From the NCBI RefSeq assembly GCF_039975415.1, contig NZ_JBDWHD010000004.1: a stretch of 64,000 nt of DNA; one strand, given 5' to 3'. The translations under genes were made by a program, and so were the position numbers. The stretch is from Ascidiaceihabitans sp. Lineage in GTDB: Bacteria > Pseudomonadota > Alphaproteobacteria > Rhodobacterales > Rhodobacteraceae. Below, piece after piece: positions 38,812 through 48,693 of this stretch. The notes under the pieces are model-generated. The model worked only from the letters and a program-made list of their open reading frames with translations, ran no database searches and had not been told where the DNA came from. Position 1 is the first letter of the stretch; each line of letters starts with the position of its first letter.

Positions 38812-40443
38812 ATGACTTTGAACCTTTCGATGCCCGGACAGGACGAACTGAAACCTCGTATCACCGTGTTCGGTGTCGGGGGCGCTGGCGGCAATGCGGT
38901 CAATAATATGATCGAAAAGCAGCTGGACGGTGTGGATTTTGTTGTCGCCAACACAGACGCGCAGGCGCTGCAGCAATCCGCGTCCACAACGCGCGTGCAG
39001 CTGGGCATCAAGGTCACTGAAGGCTTGGGGGCAGGGGCCCGCGCAAGCGTTGGTGCCGCGGCTGCCGAAGAAAGCATTGAACAGATCGTTGATCATCTGG
39101 CGGGCGCACACATGTGCTTTATCACGGCTGGCATGGGGGGCGGCACCGGGACGGGTGCGGCGCCAATCATCGCACAAGCGGCCCGTGAATTGGGTGTCTT
39201 GACCGTCGGTGTTGTGACCAAGCCTTTCCAGTTTGAAGGCGCCAAGCGCATGCGTCAGGCCGAAGACGGTGTTGAGGCGTTGCAAAAGGTCGTCGACACG
39301 CTGATCATCATTCCCAACCAGAACCTGTTCCGCCTTGCGAACGAAAAAACCACCTTCACCGAAGCGTTTTCCATGGCGGATGACGTTTTGTACCAAGGTG
39401 TCAAAGGCGTGACGGACCTGATGGTGCGTCCGGGTCTTATCAACCTCGACTTTGCAGACGTGCGTTCCGTGATGGACGAGATGGGCAAAGCCATGATGGG
39501 CACAGGTGAGGCCGACGGCGAGGATCGCGCGATCCAGGCTGCAGAAAAAGCCATTGCGAACCCGCTGCTGGACGAAATCAGCCTGCGCGGTGCAAAAGGC
39601 GTGCTGATCAACATCACAGGCGCACACGACCTGACCTTGTTCGAACTGGACGAAGCGGCCAACCGTATCCGCGAAGAAGTCGATCCAGAGGCCAACATCA
39701 TCGTGGGCTCCACGCTGGATACAGCCATGGAAGGCATGATGCGCGTCAGCGTTGTTGCCACAGGCATCGACGCGTTGGATGTGCAAACGGACATTCCTGT
39801 ACCACGCCGCAGCATGCACGCGCCTTTGACAGCAACCGTGACAGCCGAAGCGCCTGCCGCACCTGTGTATGAAGAAGCACCGCAAACCCAAGTCGCGGAA
39901 GCTGCTGCACCTCAGCCGCAGTTTGATGGTTTGGATGTTGAACAAGCGGCTGCATCTGACATGGCCGAAGACATCTTTGCAGACGAAATGCCAGTGGCCG
40001 CGCAGGACGACCTGCCACCACCTGCGTACCAGCCGCGTGTTGAAGCGTTTGAACCGCAGCCAGAGTTGGAAGCGGAGCCGCAAGCCTTTGTCGCACCGCG
40101 TGCACCTGCACCTGGCACACCATCGCCTGAGGCTTTGGCGCGTTTGCGTGCCGCGGCCCAAAAAGCAGCCCCTCAGGCCGAGCAACAAGCAGCCCCTCAG
40201 GCTGCGCCAAACCAGCCAGCCGCAGAAGAGCGTCCACGCTTCGGGATCAATTCGTTGATCAACCGTATGACGGGCCACGCAGAACAAGGTGCCGAACGCG
40301 CGCCGCAACAACCAGCCGTGCGTCAGCAACCGCCTGTGCAGCAACAAGCCGCCGCAGCACCTGCACCTCGTCCAGCCGAAGCTGCCGACCCAGAGCAAGA
40401 GCGGATCGAAATCCCCGCGTTTTTGCGCCGTCAAGCGAATTAA
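38812..40443 (+). CDS. ftsZ: Cell division GTPase FtsZ
   Basis: [13 protein letters not shown] and [10 protein letters not shown] tubulin signature. A long Pro/Ala/Gln-rich linker and the C-terminal [10 protein letters not shown] peptide are typical of alphaproteobacteria. Confidence 0.97.
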   Translation: MTLNLSMPGQDELKPRITVFGVGGAGGNAVNNMIEKQLDGVDFVVANTDAQALQQSASTTRVQLGIKVTEGLGAGARASVGAAAAEESIEQIVDHLAGAHMCFITAGMGGGTGTGAAPIIAQAARELGVLTVGVVTKPFQFEGAKRMRQAEDGVEALQKVVDTLIIIPNQNLFRLANEKTTFTEAFSMADDVLYQGVKGVTDLMVRPGLINLDFADVRSVMDEMGKAMMGTGEADGEDRAIQAAEKAIANPLLDEISLRGAKGVLINITGAHDLTLFELDEAANRIREEVDPEANIIVGSTLDTAMEGMMRVSVVATGIDALDVQTDIPVPRRSMHAPLTATVTAEAPAAPVYEEAPQTQVAEAAAPQPQFDGLDVEQAAASDMAEDIFADEMPVAAQDDLPPPAYQPRVEAFEPQPELEAEPQAFVAPRAPAPGTPSPEALARLRAAAQKAAPQAEQQAAPQAAPNQPAAEERPRFGINSLINRMTGHAEQGAERAPQQPAVRQQPPVQQQAAAAPAPRPAEAADPEQERIEIPAFLRRQAN

Positions 40444-40486
40444 TCTGATGAAAATATTGAATTGAGCCTGCCTCAATTCGTGACAA

Positions 40487-40514
40487 GGGGCTGCTTTTGA
40501 GCGGCCCTTTTTTT
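40487..40514 (+). terminator. Rho-independent terminator after ftsZ
   Basis: Stem GGGCTGC (40488-40494) / GCGGCCC (40501-40507) with one G-U pair, then TTTTTTT (40508-40514). Confidence 0.75.
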
Positions 40515-40667
40515 CGTTTTATCAACGGCTTACAAGGGGCGCGGCATCTTTCTGCCGTTTTATGACAGTCATGTTTCAGACCGTTACAAAGATTGAGTTG
40601 TGATGTGAGGGGGCGTTGCGTAGGTACATTCCAGCAGCGCCAAGTGCGCGACACTTTGAGGTTCTAC

Positions 40668-41591
40668 GTGCAGACAACGATCAAATCACCCATCAGCTTT
40701 TCTGGACGCGGATTGCATTCCGGCGCTCCGGCCACGCTGACGATTCGTCCTGCAGGGGCCGAGCACGGGATTTGGTTTTCACGCGTGGATTTGAACGAAG
40801 GGGATCGTTTGATCCCGGCGCGTTGGGATGTTGTGAACCGGTCGCCCTTGTGCACAAAACTTGAAAATGCATCCGGCGTTACGGTGTCCACTGTAGAACA
40901 TGTAATGGCTGCGATCGCAGGCTGCGGCATCCACAACGCACTGATTGAGATTGACGGACCTGAAGTGCCAATCGTTGATGGATCTGCCGTGCCGTTCGTG
41001 CGTGGCATCATGCAGCGCGGTGTGCGGGTGTTGGACGCTCCTGTACGCGCGTTTGAAATCATGCAGACCGTGACGGTTACAGAAGGCGATGCCACAGCGA
41101 CATTGTCCCCCGCGGACACGCTTTACATTGATTTTGAGATCGATTTTGACGACGCGGCTATCGGCCGTCAGCACAAATCCTTGCGTATGAACAACGGCAG
41201 CTTTGCCCGCGAATTGTGCGACAGCCGCACCTTTTGCCGTCAGGCCGATGTTGATGCCATGCAAGCCAACGGATTGGCTTTGGGCGGTGTGTCAGGCCAG
41301 AATGCGGTCGTTTTTGATGGCGACGCGGTTCTAAGCCCGGGTGGTTTGCGTCATTCGGATGAACCTGTGCGCCATAAAATGTTGGACGCTTTGGGCGATC
41401 TGGCCTTGGCCGGTGCCCCGCTGATCGGACGGTACACGGGCGTGCGGTCCGGCCATTCACTGACCAACACTTTGCTGCGTAAAGCCTTTGCGACGCCGGG
41501 CGCTGTGCGCATGGTGGTTTGTGATGCTCAGATAGCCACACGGTTGCCTGGATACGGGCTGGTATGGGATGAAATTCCGCAGGTTGCATAA
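40668..41591 (+). CDS. lpxC: UDP-3-O-acyl-N-acetylglucosamine deacetylase
   Basis: (V)QTTIKSPISFSGRGLHSG...VSTVEHVMAA...HKMLDALGDL motifs. GTG start at 40668, with GAGG 7 nt upstream. Confidence 0.93.
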   Translation: MQTTIKSPISFSGRGLHSGAPATLTIRPAGAEHGIWFSRVDLNEGDRLIPARWDVVNRSPLCTKLENASGVTVSTVEHVMAAIAGCGIHNALIEIDGPEVPIVDGSAVPFVRGIMQRGVRVLDAPVRAFEIMQTVTVTEGDATATLSPADTLYIDFEIDFDDAAIGRQHKSLRMNNGSFARELCDSRTFCRQADVDAMQANGLALGGVSGQNAVVFDGDAVLSPGGLRHSDEPVRHKMLDALGDLALAGAPLIGRYTGVRSGHSLTNTLLRKAFATPGAVRMVVCDAQIATRLPGYGLVWDEIPQVA

Positions 41592-41732
41592 CTGCATCTG
41601 GTGGAATGGCCATCACTTTTACACAAATGCTGATTTCAGGTGCAATCATCGTTTTGCATGGTAAATTATTGTGTTAGGACGTACGCAAGAATGCTCTGAA
41701 CGGGGTGGGTGACTGTGGTGAGGACGACAGAC

Positions 41733-42647
41733 ATGGTGAGTGGCAGATACCAAAATATGGGCCAGCACACGGTGACAAAGCGACAATTGGGCAAGCGCAC
41801 TGTGCGTCTGACCGGAGTTGTGCTTGTGGCGGCTATGCTTGCGGCATGTGGCGGTGGGGATCGCCCGACGCGAGGCAGCGTGTTCAATCAACAGGTCATC
41901 CCGCTGGAAGAATTCACCGCCCAACAGATTTTTGAGCGTGGCGAATATGAACTTGAAAATCGCCAACCCTCTGAAGCTGCGTTCTATTTTGGCGAAATTG
42001 AACGCCTGTACCCCTATTCCGATTTGGCGCAACGTGCATTGATCATGCAAGCCTTCGCGCACCACCGCGATAAGGACTATCCAAACAGCCGCTCTGCTGC
42101 GCAGCGTTTCATTGATTTTTACCCCGATGAAGATGATGCGGCCTACGCGCAGTATCTGTTGGCGTTGTCCTACTATGACCAAATCGACGAAGTGGGCCGC
42201 GATCAGGGTTTGACCTTCCAGGCCTTGCAATCTTTGCGTGACGTGATCGAACGCTATCCAGACAGCGAATATGCCAAAACATCCGTTTTGAAATTCGATC
42301 TGGCCTTTGACCACCTTGCGGGCAAGGAAATGGAAATTGGCCGCTATTATTTGCGCCGCGATCATTATGCATCCGCCATCAACCGGTTCCGTGTTGTGGT
42401 TGAGGATTTCCAAACAACCACGCACACCGCCGAGGCACTGCACCGTCTGGTCGAAGCCTATTTGTCCCTTGGATTGACAGATGAGGCACAAACCGCAGGC
42501 GCCATTCTGGGCTACAACTACCGGTCTACGGATTGGTACGAAGACAGCTACAAGCTGTTGACAGGGCGCGGGTTGGAACTGGAAGCGGCAGGCGACAGCT
42601 GGTTGCGCCAGATTTATCGTCAGATGCTTAAAGGTCGTTGGTTGTAA
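41733..42647 (+). CDS. bamD: Outer membrane protein assembly factor BamD (lipoprotein)
   Basis: LAAC lipobox, TPR-like YfiO/BamD body (YPYSDLAQRA..., YPDSEYA...). I chose ATG 41733 because GAGGA lies upstream. 41757 is an alternative. Confidence 0.85.
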   Translation: MVSGRYQNMGQHTVTKRQLGKRTVRLTGVVLVAAMLAACGGGDRPTRGSVFNQQVIPLEEFTAQQIFERGEYELENRQPSEAAFYFGEIERLYPYSDLAQRALIMQAFAHHRDKDYPNSRSAAQRFIDFYPDEDDAAYAQYLLALSYYDQIDEVGRDQGLTFQALQSLRDVIERYPDSEYAKTSVLKFDLAFDHLAGKEMEIGRYYLRRDHYASAINRFRVVVEDFQTTTHTAEALHRLVEAYLSLGLTDEAQTAGAILGYNYRSTDWYEDSYKLLTGRGLELEAAGDSWLRQIYRQMLKGRWL

Positions 42648-42683
42648 AGTGCGGCATCGCACATACGCCACGGAATAACCCAC

Positions 42684-44330
42684 ATGCTGCGTGGTCTTGA
42701 TATTTCAGACATGCTGATCATTGACCGGTTGGAACTTGCGTTTCAACCCGGTCTGAATGTGTTGACGGGTGAAACCGGTGCAGGCAAGTCTATCTTGTTG
42801 GATTCGTTGGGTTTTGTGCTTGGATGGCGTGGTCGTGCTGATCTGGTTCGCCAAGGTGCAGACCACGGTGAAGTGACAGCGTGGTTTGATTTGCCCGAAG
42901 GACATCCCGCGCACGGCGTGCTGGAAGAAGCCGGATTGCCTGGCGGCGACGAGCTGATCTTGCGGCGGATCAACACAGCTGACGGGCGCAAGACCGCTTG
43001 GGTCAACGACCGCCGTTGTTCGGGCGAAGTTTTGCGGGCCTTGTCCGAAACCTTGCTGGAATTGCACGGCCAGCACGATGATCGTGGCTTGCTGAACCCG
43101 CGCGGGCACCGGACCATTTTGGATGAATTCGCAGGGCTTGAGACGCAAAAATCCAAAGTGCGCAAAACATGGTCAACCATGGGCAAAGCACGCAAAACGC
43201 TGGCTGCCGCCGAAGACGCCATGCAAGCCATCCGCGACGAAGAAGAATTTTTGCGCCACGCCGTCGCCGAACTGGGCGCCTTGGCCCCTTTGCCCGGAGA
43301 AGAAGCTGATCTGGACACCAAACGGCGTATGATGCAGGGGGCGGAACGGATCCGCGAAGACATCGTGCGGGCGTATCAGACCTTGGGCCAAGACGGCGCA
43401 GAGGCGAGCATGGGCAATGCCATTCGCTGGCTGGACGGTGTGGCAGACAAAGCAGAAGGCCATCTGGAAGCCCCCATAGGCGCGTTGAACCGTGCCATGG
43501 TCGAACTGGACGAGGCCATGGAAGGCATTGTCGCGTGCATTGACACATTGTCTTTCAATCCTGCCGATCTTGAAGACACCGAAGAACGTCTGTTTGCGAT
43601 CCGCGCAATGGCCCGCAAGCATGATGTGCAGGCGGATGACCTTGCCGCATTGACAGACACCTTGACGAAAAAGCTGGCGGCGCTGGATGCCGGTGACGCC
43701 GATCTTGCCGATTTACGCATAGCCCTTCAGGATGCAGAAGCCGGTTATGCCCAAGCGGCGGATGCCCTCACGGCGATGCGTCAGAAACAAGGCGCAAAAC
43801 TTGACAAGGCCGTCACATCGGAACTCGCCCCCCTTAAGATGGAACGCGCCGTTTTCACAACCGAGGTTACGGCTGAAACACCCGGTCCTGACGGTCAGGA
43901 CGCTGTAGCGTTTTGTGTGGCCACGAACCCCGGTGCGCCGTCTGGTCCTTTGAACAAAATCGCATCGGGTGGTGAACTTAGCCGATTTTTGCTGGCGTTG
44001 AAGGTCTGTTTGACGGGCGGTCAGGCCGGCCTCACGATGATTTTCGATGAGATCGACCGCGGCGTCGGTGGGGCAACGGCTGATGCTGTGGGGCGTCGCT
44101 TGGCCGCATTGGCAGAGGATGGGCAGGTTCTTGTGGTGACCCATTCGCCGCAGGTTGCAGCCCTTGGGGCACACCACTGGCGGGTAGAGAAATCCGTTGC
44201 CAAGGGCATGACCACAAGCCGGGTTGTGCCTTTGGATCAAGATGAACGTGTGGATGAAATTGCACGCATGCTTGCAGGCGACACCATCACTGACGAAGCC
44301 CGTGGTGCTGCCAAAGCGCTGTTGGGGTAA
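42684..44330 (+). CDS. recN: DNA repair protein RecN
   Basis: LTGETGAGKSI Walker A, long coiled coil, ASGGELSR signature, FDEID Walker B. Confidence 0.95.
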   Translation: MLRGLDISDMLIIDRLELAFQPGLNVLTGETGAGKSILLDSLGFVLGWRGRADLVRQGADHGEVTAWFDLPEGHPAHGVLEEAGLPGGDELILRRINTADGRKTAWVNDRRCSGEVLRALSETLLELHGQHDDRGLLNPRGHRTILDEFAGLETQKSKVRKTWSTMGKARKTLAAAEDAMQAIRDEEEFLRHAVAELGALAPLPGEEADLDTKRRMMQGAERIREDIVRAYQTLGQDGAEASMGNAIRWLDGVADKAEGHLEAPIGALNRAMVELDEAMEGIVACIDTLSFNPADLEDTEERLFAIRAMARKHDVQADDLAALTDTLTKKLAALDAGDADLADLRIALQDAEAGYAQAADALTAMRQKQGAKLDKAVTSELAPLKMERAVFTTEVTAETPGPDGQDAVAFCVATNPGAPSGPLNKIASGGELSRFLLALKVCLTGGQAGLTMIFDEIDRGVGGATADAVGRRLAALAEDGQVLVVTHSPQVAALGAHHWRVEKSVAKGMTTSRVVPLDQDERVDEIARMLAGDTITDEARGAAKALLG

Positions 44331-44348
44331 CACGCTGAAACAACTGCG

Positions 44349-44513
44349 CTTAGGCTCAGGACCCATTAATCCTGAGGCGCTGGCGTCAAAATCGCTTCAT
44401 CTCAGCGGCTCAGACCGCTTGTAAATAGAACCACTATTCCTGCGAACCTGCTCCTCGCCAATCAGTAAATCCATCAAACCAACGCTGCAGGATTAATGGG
44501 GCCTGAGCCTAAG
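44349..44513. repeat. 165-bp element bounded by 26-bp terminal inverted repeats (MITE-like or long-stem RNA)
   Basis: CTTAGGCTCAGGACCCATTAATCCTG (44349-44374) matches the reverse complement of 44488-44513 at 25 of 26 positions. The 113-nt interior contains an AGCGG/CCGCT hairpin. Confidence 0.5.
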
Positions 44514-44602
44514 GGGCGTATGTTTGGGGTCAAATGTACCGCGCACCTCTTTTCGTGGCTTCTGTATTGCCCTAGACAGTTGAAAAGGGCGAACGACGAC
44601 CA

Positions 44603-46291
44603 ATGCCAAAGGCGCTTACCAATCTACTGCGGGCCACAGGGCAAGAAGCAGCGACAGCGTTTCGGCGCATTTGGACAGCTTTGCGTGCGCAGGGGCCAAG
44701 TCAGGTACAGTTTTGGTTTATCGCTTTGGCTGTTGGCATCGCATCAGGTTTTACTGCGCTGTTTTTCCGTAAAGGTATCGAAGCCTTACAAGCGTTTTTA
44801 TACGGCACCGATGACATTCAGTTCCTTCATTCCTTTGCGCAATCGCTTGCGTGGTATTGGGTCTTGGTCATTCCTATCGTGGGTGGTTTGGTCGTTGGGC
44901 TGATCTTGCACAAGTTTACGCCGGACGGGCGTGTGCGCAGCGTGGCGGATGTGATCGAAGGGGCGGCGATGCGCGAAGGTCGCGTCGAAACACGCGCGGG
45001 TATTGCGTCAGCGGTGGCGTCTTTCATCACCCTGTCCTCTGGCGGCTCTTCGGGGCGCGAGGGGCCGGTGGTGCATTTGGCTGGGGTCATTGCCACCAAA
45101 GTCAGCCGCTATATCAACGCGGATGGCATTACGGGGCGCGATTTGTTGGGCTGTGCTGTGGCCGCCGCAGTGTCCGCCAGTTTTAACGCGCCTATCGCAG
45201 GGGCGCTGTTCGCTTTGGAAGTCGTATTGCGCCATTTCGCAGTGCACGCTTTTGCACCCATCGTCATTGCAGCCGTCGCAGGCACAGTGATCAACCGAAT
45301 TGAATATGGGGGGGTTACAGAGTTTATGTTGCCGGCCCCCGAAGCCTTGCAATTCTATGTCGAACTGCCCGCATTCTTAATGCTTGGATTGGTTAGTGGA
45401 TTGATCGCAGTTGTTTTGATGCGCTCGGTGTTCTGGGCGGAAGACATCGGCAATCTTGTGCAAGCCAAAACCGGGTTGCCACGTTGGCTGCGCCCTGCCG
45501 TGGCGGGGGCCATGCTGGGCGGCATCGCAATCTTCTACCCGCATATCATCGGTGTTGGCTATGAAACCACATCGCTTGCGTTGACGGGGCAGTTGGATCT
45601 GTTGGTGGTCATCGGCTTTGTTGCCATCAAGGTGGTCGCGGTCGCCATCACCATGGCTGGCCGCATGGGTGGGGGGGTGTTTTCGCCGTCGCTGATGATT
45701 GGTGCGATGTCCGGATTGGCCTTTGGCCTGATCGCAACAGCCGTTTTTCCAGAAGTGTCCGGCACAGTTACACTTTATGCATTGGCTGGAATGGGTGCCG
45801 TGGCGGCTGCGGTGCTTGGGGCGCCGATATCCACAACCTTGATTGTGTTCGAATTGACCGGAGACTGGCAGACAGGGCTTGCCGTGATGGTGGCTGTGTC
45901 CATGTCGACGGCGTTGGCGTCCCGTATTGTGGATCGCAGTTTCTTTTTGACGCAATTGGAACGGCGCGATGTGCATTTGGCCGCTGGGCCACAGGCTTAC
46001 CTGTTGTCAATGTTTCGCGTGGCCACAGTGATGCGTGACATGGAGGATCCCCGTGCGGCGGACGAGCAAGCCTGCTGGGAAATGATCGGCGACGGCATAT
46101 ATGTGGACGGGAACGCGACGCTTGAGGTGGCGATGCCTATGTTTGACCTTTCTTCAGTGCCCTTCATTCCTGTCGTTACCCTCAGCGGCGAAAACAGCCC
46201 ACCTGAGCTGTGGGGCGCGTTGTTTCATGTGGATGCATTAAAGGCCTACAATCGCGCCTTGGCGGCCACAGCCGCAGAAGAACATTCTTAA
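44603..46291 (+). CDS. ClC-family voltage-gated chloride channel/antiporter with a C-terminal CBS region
   Basis: GSGREGP selectivity motif (SGGSSGREGPVVHL), GGVFSPSL, and a polytopic layout. Confidence 0.9.
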   Translation: MPKALTNLLRATGQEAATAFRRIWTALRAQGPSQVQFWFIALAVGIASGFTALFFRKGIEALQAFLYGTDDIQFLHSFAQSLAWYWVLVIPIVGGLVVGLILHKFTPDGRVRSVADVIEGAAMREGRVETRAGIASAVASFITLSSGGSSGREGPVVHLAGVIATKVSRYINADGITGRDLLGCAVAAAVSASFNAPIAGALFALEVVLRHFAVHAFAPIVIAAVAGTVINRIEYGGVTEFMLPAPEALQFYVELPAFLMLGLVSGLIAVVLMRSVFWAEDIGNLVQAKTGLPRWLRPAVAGAMLGGIAIFYPHIIGVGYETTSLALTGQLDLLVVIGFVAIKVVAVAITMAGRMGGGVFSPSLMIGAMSGLAFGLIATAVFPEVSGTVTLYALAGMGAVAAAVLGAPISTTLIVFELTGDWQTGLAVMVAVSMSTALASRIVDRSFFLTQLERRDVHLAAGPQAYLLSMFRVATVMRDMEDPRAADEQACWEMIGDGIYVDGNATLEVAMPMFDLSSVPFIPVVTLSGENSPPELWGALFHVDALKAYNRALAATAAEEHS

Positions 46292-46421
46292 GCAACCAAT
46301 CCTGACCATAGCGCAGAACTGTTTCGGATCGCTTTCGGAGCGACCCGAAGATGATGTATTTGATGATGGGGCGGGTCTTGATCATGGATCATCCACACGA
46401 TCCGGTATGAATTGAAAACCC

Positions 46422-46766
46422 TTAGAGCTCTTCGACTGTGATGCCGTCGCCAGTGTAAAACGCCAAATGGCCTTCGATACGTGATACGCTTTCAAGCGGT
46501 GCCTCGTAACTCCAGACGGCGTTTTCCAGCGTGGTCGATTTTGTCACCACCGAATAGTAAGTGGCGTCGCCTTTATGGGGACAGTGGGTGGATTTGTCGG
46601 TTTTGTCCAGAAACGCCATGGCGATGTCTTCACGTGGAAAATAGATGACGGGTGGATAGTCCCCTTCGGTCAGTTCCAGCGCCGCACGGCTCTCGCCCAA
46701 AACAGCGCCGCCTGCGCGTACAGTCCATACGCCTGCTGCATTGCGCACTTTGATGTGGTCAGCCAT
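46422..46766 (-). CDS. DUF427-domain protein
   Basis: 114-aa protein with the ...YFPREDI...T.CP.KG.A.Y... pattern typical of DUF427 (from memory). Confidence 0.75.
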   Translation of the reverse strand: MADHIKVRNAAGVWTVRAGGAVLGESRAALELTEGDYPPVIYFPREDIAMAFLDKTDKSTHCPHKGDATYYSVVTKSTTLENAVWSYEAPLESVSRIEGHLAFYTGDGITVEEL

Positions 46767-46846
46767 GATGTCTCCTTCCTATACGTCTTTCCCCTGAAAG
46801 CGTGAAAAAGCCGTTTATCAGAAGCCGAAGCTTCACGCCAGACTTG

Positions 46847-48637
46847 TCACAAAGCGCACGTTGCGTCACGCAGCCAAGATGCCGTTTCAGGGGACAAGCG
46901 CGGCGAGATTTTCTCAAAAGTTTCAGCATGATAAGCGTTCAGCCAGTCACGCGCCCCTGAATCCAACATTTCCGGCACGATCAGCCTGCGGTCAATGGGG
47001 GCAAACGTCAAAGTCCTCCAATTCAACATCGCACGATGTGCATCGCCGCCAGGCAAATCGGTGGCATTTTCCACAACGATCAGGTTTTCAATCCGGATAC
47101 CAAAAGCGCCCTCGCGGTAATAGCCGGGCTCGTTGGACAGGATCATGCCGGGCTGCAACGGCACTGTGCTGACGCGGCTTAGACGCTGAGGGCCTTCATG
47201 AACACTAAGATACGCACCCACGCCATGGCCCAATCCATGGTCAAAATCCTGTCCTGCCATCCAAAGCGGCAAACGCCCGATGGCTTCGATGTCGCGGCCT
47301 GCCAAACCTTCGGGCCAGCGCAAACGGCTCATGGCGATCATACCAGCCAGAACACGCGTAAAGGCCTGCCGTGCTTCCAGTGCAGGGGTGCCAATGGCGA
47401 TGGTGCGGGTGATGTCGGTCGTGCCGTCCAGATATTGACCGCCGCTGTCCAACACAATCAGATGACCGTCTTCAAGCCGGCTGTCGGTGTCTTCGGTCAC
47501 ACGGTAATGCATGATTGCGCCGTTGGGGCCTGTGCCTGCGATGGTCTCGAAGCTGATGTCCTGCAGGGCGTTGTCGCGGCGGCGGTTGGCCTCCAGTTGG
47601 CTGACAACTTGCGTTTCGCTCAATGTTCCGGGGGGGTGGGCATCAAGCCACGCCAAAAGTTCAACAACAGCTGCACCATCGCGCAAATGTGCCTCGGCGC
47701 TGCCTGCGATCTCGGCTGGGTTCTTGCACGCTTTGGGAAGGGCGCATGGATCATCGCCCCACACAGCCAAGGTGCCGACCACATCGGCAACACAAACCGG
47801 AACGGATGTTTTATCAAGACGAACGGCGCCTGTTAATCCGGCCAAGCGATCCAGAAAGTCATTTGGAGCATGAACTGTGACGTTTGGCCCCAGATGATCC
47901 ATGACATCATTCAGTTTTGCCGCATCCATGAACAAATCGACCCGGGCATCCGCGTGCAGGATTGCAAAGCCCTGTGCGATCGGATTGCGGGGAATATCAG
48001 CGCCGCGGATATTAAGCAGCCAACAAATGGAATCCGGCAACGTGATGACAGCGCTGGATTGACCAGCCTGTTGCAGCGTGTCCGCCAAACGCACACATTT
48101 GTCGTGATGGGCTTCTCCCGCGAACTCAAGCGGATGGGGTTTGACAGGTTCCATGGCAGGGGCCGGCTGATCTTCCCAGATCGCATCGACCAGATTTTCC
48201 ACCTGAACCAATGTGATGCCTTTGTCCGACAAAACTGCGCGCGTTTGTTCCACCTGGGCGACGGTGTGCAGCCAGGGATCAAATCCGACTTTGCCGCCGT
48301 CTGGCAGCTGTTCAATCAACCATGCGCCCATCGACACTTCGGGCCACGGAACAGGGGTAAAAACATCTGCAACCTGCGCTTTGACTTGGGTGCGGTAACG
48401 CCCGTCGATAAAGACGCCAGCCTTGCTTTGCAAAGCCACACAAAACCCGGCTGATCCTGTAAATCCCGTAAGCCACGACAAACGTTCGTCGCGGGCTGAG
48501 ACATATTCGCCCTGATGGGCGTCGGCGCGTGGGATCAAAAAGCCGTCGATGCCCAATGTTGTTATCAGATCGCGCAACTTCGCCAGTCTGGGGGGGCCTT
48601 GCTCGGGCCTTGCTGTCACCTCAAACGATTGAAACAT
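46847..48637 (-). CDS. M24-family Xaa-Pro aminopeptidase (aminopeptidase P)
   Basis: Creatinase-like N-domains and an M24 catalytic domain (DSGGQY..GTTDITRT, HGLGHGVG, SNEPGYY, IRIENL). Confidence 0.9.
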   Translation of the reverse strand: MFQSFEVTARPEQGPPRLAKLRDLITTLGIDGFLIPRADAHQGEYVSARDERLSWLTGFTGSAGFCVALQSKAGVFIDGRYRTQVKAQVADVFTPVPWPEVSMGAWLIEQLPDGGKVGFDPWLHTVAQVEQTRAVLSDKGITLVQVENLVDAIWEDQPAPAMEPVKPHPLEFAGEAHHDKCVRLADTLQQAGQSSAVITLPDSICWLLNIRGADIPRNPIAQGFAILHADARVDLFMDAAKLNDVMDHLGPNVTVHAPNDFLDRLAGLTGAVRLDKTSVPVCVADVVGTLAVWGDDPCALPKACKNPAEIAGSAEAHLRDGAAVVELLAWLDAHPPGTLSETQVVSQLEANRRRDNALQDISFETIAGTGPNGAIMHYRVTEDTDSRLEDGHLIVLDSGGQYLDGTTDITRTIAIGTPALEARQAFTRVLAGMIAMSRLRWPEGLAGRDIEAIGRLPLWMAGQDFDHGLGHGVGAYLSVHEGPQRLSRVSTVPLQPGMILSNEPGYYREGAFGIRIENLIVVENATDLPGGDAHRAMLNWRTLTFAPIDRRLIVPEMLDSGARDWLNAYHAETFEKISPRLSPETASWLRDATCAL

Positions 48638-48693
48638 GCTACAGATCCCTTTTCATCTCGCAAAATAAACCTCCCCCGGAGGGGCCCGTTCTA

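Noticed and set aside
39800-40400. Pro/Ala/Gln-rich repetitive stretch in the 3' half of ftsZ.
   Set aside because: This is the intrinsically disordered linker typical of alphaproteobacterial FtsZ. It is in frame and followed by the conserved C-terminal peptide, so it is not a separate feature.
38746-40476. 576-aa minus-strand ORF covering the whole ftsZ locus.
   Set aside because: It is antisense to an unmistakable FtsZ ([10 protein letters not shown]). Its product is Arg/Cys/His/Leu-rich low-complexity sequence of the kind produced by stop-poor antisense frames in GC-rich genes.
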